Assembly (NCBI GenBank): GCA_949297765.1
Contig: CASFTV010000005.1
Location: forward strand, 66,144 to 130,143
Reading direction: 5' to 3'
Length of the DNA: 64,000 bases
DNA from: an uncultured bacterium
GTDB lineage: Bacteria > Verrucomicrobiota > Lentisphaeria > Victivallales > UBA1829
Shown piece by piece: positions 62,238 through 64,000 of the stretch; within the stretch, counting starts at the first letter, position 1; each line of letters begins with the position of its first letter. A program made the translations under genes and the position numbers. Below the pieces are notes generated by a model. It did not search any database and was not told the origin of the DNA. It was given only the letters and a program-made list of their open reading frames with translations.

Positions 62238-64000
62238 TCCGTCACCTCGATTCTCCCGGGTTCCCCGGACGGGAGATCCCGCTTCTCCTCCCGGAACAGG
62301 AATCCCCATGCGAGCATTGCGAGAACCGCCAGCACCATCACCAGAAGATAGACATGCAGAAATCCGGACTGAAACCGATGAATGCGGTCCGCCATCCGCC
62401 CGGCAAAGGAAAAGAGCGGACGCCAGATTCCCCGTTCCGCAAGATCCTCCGTCACCTCTTCGAATCCGGCATCGACCGGGAAAAATCCCTCCGGACGGCG
62501 GACGGTTCTCTTCGGGCGCAGAATCCCGGAAAAAAATCCGGTCAAGGGCTGAACCAGTGCGCTGCCCGTGTATTCCATGCGGGCCGTCGGTTCAGAGAAT
62601 CCGCAATCCCAGGTGGGGCGGACGGACGACCGCCGTCCGTTCGGAAGCGTCAGGCGATAGATTAGAAGCCCGGCGGCCACCAGCACCGTCACGCCGGAAA
62701 AGAGCGCGATCCGCGCGGTCAGTCCCGCAAGACGGAACATCTCCGTTTCCACGGCCTCGGGCGGAAATCCGGTAAAATGCTGAATCAGCGGCGTAAACGT
62801 CCGGCAGACCAGCGGCGCCCCCGCGACCATCCCGAATGCAAGGATCAGCAGCACCATCTGGGAAATGCGCATCCCGAGGGGGCGTTCCACCGCCTCCGCC
62901 GCCTCTTTCGAACGCGGCTCTCCGAGAAATACGGCTCCCGCCGCCTTGACAAACACCGCCGCGGCAAGACCGCCGGTCAGCGCAAGTGCGACAACCGTCA
63001 GCACCGATCCGGCAAACAGGGCGCCGCTCCCCGCCGCGACCCCGGCCAATGCGGCCATATAGATCAGGAACTCCGCAAAAAATCCGTTGAAGGGTGGAAG
63101 TCCGCTGATGGAAAGCGAGGAAAACAGAAACACGGATCCCGTCCACGGCATTCGCTTCAGCAGGCCGCCGAGCCGATCCATATCGAGCAGTCCGGTCGCC
63201 CGGAATACCGATCCCGCGCAGAGAAAAAGCGCCCCCTTGAGAAGCGCATGATTGAGAATGTGCAGGAACGCTCCAGCGCATCCGAACGCCGCCATCACCA
63301 GATTCCCATGTTCGACGCCGAGAAACCCGAGTCCGAATCCGATTCCGGCGATTCCCATGTTTTCAACGCTGGAACAGGCGAGCAGACGCTTCACATTCCT
63401 CTGAGCAAGCGCAGAGAGGACACCGCCGAGCGCTCCGGCCAGTCCGAGACAGAGAAAACTCCACCCGAACACTCCGACCGGCCCGTCGGAACTGACCAGC
63501 ATCCGCAGAATCCCGTAGAACCCGAGATTGATCATGGATCCCGACATCAGCGCGGAGACCGGCGCCGGGGCCGCCGGATGCGCCTCCGGAAGCCAGACAT
63601 GCAGAACTGGGAATCCGGCTTTCAGTCCAAATCCCGCCAGGCCGAGCGCGATCACGGCGCCCATGAACGCGGGCGGAACATTCTCCGAAGCGCCGTAAAC
63701 AAACATCAGGATCAGCAATGCGGCCCCCGCCTGACAGGAGAGCAGATAAATCCATGCGGCGCGCACAGTCTCTTTTTCCTTCCAGTCGAACGCCACCAGC
63801 GCGAAGCTCATCACCCCCATCAGCTCCCATGCGGTGAGAAATTCGACCGGCGTCACTGCGAGCGCGACCCATGTCATTGCGGCAAGCGTGAAGTTGAAGA
63901 ACCCCCAGAACCGTCCGGCAGCGGATGATTCGCCGAAATAGCCGATTGCATGAAGCGCGGCCGCTCCCCCGATGAGGAACACCGGCAGCAGGAACAGCGC
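62234..64000 (-). CDS. HyfB/HycC/NuoL-like antiporter-type membrane subunit; 5' end outside the window
   Basis: The frame stays open to position 64000 (…ALFLLPVFLIGGAA…). GLKAGFPVLHVWLPEAHPAAP, KRLLACSSVENMG, and a C-terminal extension as in HyfB. Confidence 0.85.
   Translation of the reverse strand, partial: ALFLLPVFLIGGAAALHAIGYFGESSAAGRFWGFFNFTLAAMTWVALAVTPVEFLTAWELMGVMSFALVAFDWKEKETVRAAWIYLLSCQAGAALLILMFVYGASENVPPAFMGAVIALGLAGFGLKAGFPVLHVWLPEAHPAAPAPVSALMSGSMINLGFYGILRMLVSSDGPVGVFGWSFLCLGLAGALGGVLSALAQRNVKRLLACSSVENMGIAGIGFGLGFLGVEHGNLVMAAFGCAGAFLHILNHALLKGALFLCAGSVFRATGLLDMDRLGGLLKRMPWTGSVFLFSSLSISGLPPFNGFFAEFLIYMAALAGVAAGSGALFAGSVLTVVALALTGGLAAAVFVKAAGAVFLGEPRSKEAAEAVERPLGMRISQMVLLILAFGMVAGAPLVCRTFTPLIQHFTGFPPEAVETEMFRLAGLTARIALFSGVTVLVAAGLLIYRLTLPNGRRSSVRPTWDCGFSEPTARMEYTGSALVQPLTGFFSGILRPKRTVRRPEGFFPVDAGFEEVTEDLAERGIWRPLFSFAGRMADRIHRFQSGFLHVYLLVMVLAVLAMLAWGFLFREEKRDLPSGEPGRIEVTE

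Noticed and set aside
1-64000. Scan for CRISPR arrays, tRNA/rRNA genes, IS elements, integrases and toxin-antitoxin or defence-type gene pairs
   Set aside because: I saw no regularly spaced repeat arrays of 24 nt or longer, no cloverleaf-like conserved tRNA segments in the intergenic regions, and no transposase/integrase-like ORFs. Absence is based on reading by eye, not on a search tool.

Overview
GC-rich, tightly packed chromosomal segment with genes on both strands. I found no rRNA, tRNA, CRISPR array, transposase or prophage block. Gene content points to a strictly anaerobic, glycan-degrading bacterium. By inference it belongs to the PVC superphylum (Lentisphaerota/Victivallales-like or Kiritimatiellota-like), based on pseudopilin-like H-X9-DG proteins wired to secreted glycoside hydrolases, a divergent FtsZ, Rnf, and a desulfoferrodoxin/flavodiiron/rubredoxin set.

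Layout:
- rnfA-B-C (1-2677, minus strand).
- MBL-SGNH hydrolase pair.
- An inactive-looking phosphohexomutase paralog, an intact phosphohexomutase and an EamA transporter.
- Housekeeping genes: serA, folK, a serine hydrolase, cdsA, uppS, a SIS-domain gene.
- FAD oxidoreductase / iclR / nagA.
- Orphan HTH gene, then ftsA-ftsZ fused into a string of unrelated enzyme genes ending in rsmE.
- OmpR/PhoR-like two-component pair.
- Four regulator-linked glycan loci between 27.9 and 47.7 kb: LacI / pilin-like / beta-propeller / GH; AraC <-> GH29 / mutarotase-like / GH36; IclR / GH42-like / lipoprotein; AraC <-> pilin-like / GH5-like.
- folC-tolB, then wbaP and a GT4 gene.
- Oxidative-stress operon: Fur/PerR-like, dfx, flavodiiron protein and rubredoxin. 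The rubredoxin gene is absent from the ORF track.
- A TIGR02757-like gene and a strongly signalled 66-aa basic protein.
- A six-gene group-4-hydrogenase-like membrane complex (56910-64000, 5' end outside the window).

Best leads:
1. The hydrogenase-like complex, whose large subunit has lost both NiFe-binding CxxC motifs (Ehr-type, substrate unknown).
2. The pilin-like/CAZyme/regulator cassettes.
3. The catalytically dead phosphohexomutase translationally coupled to an intact one.
4. A 12-nt-periodic TTGCGG array in the leader of the LacI operon.
5. An FtsZ with degenerate GTP-binding and T7 motifs.

Many long ORFs in the track are antisense shadows typical of GC-rich DNA, and several track ORFs carry spurious N-terminal extensions. 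All functional calls rest on motif recognition by eye. No database search was run.
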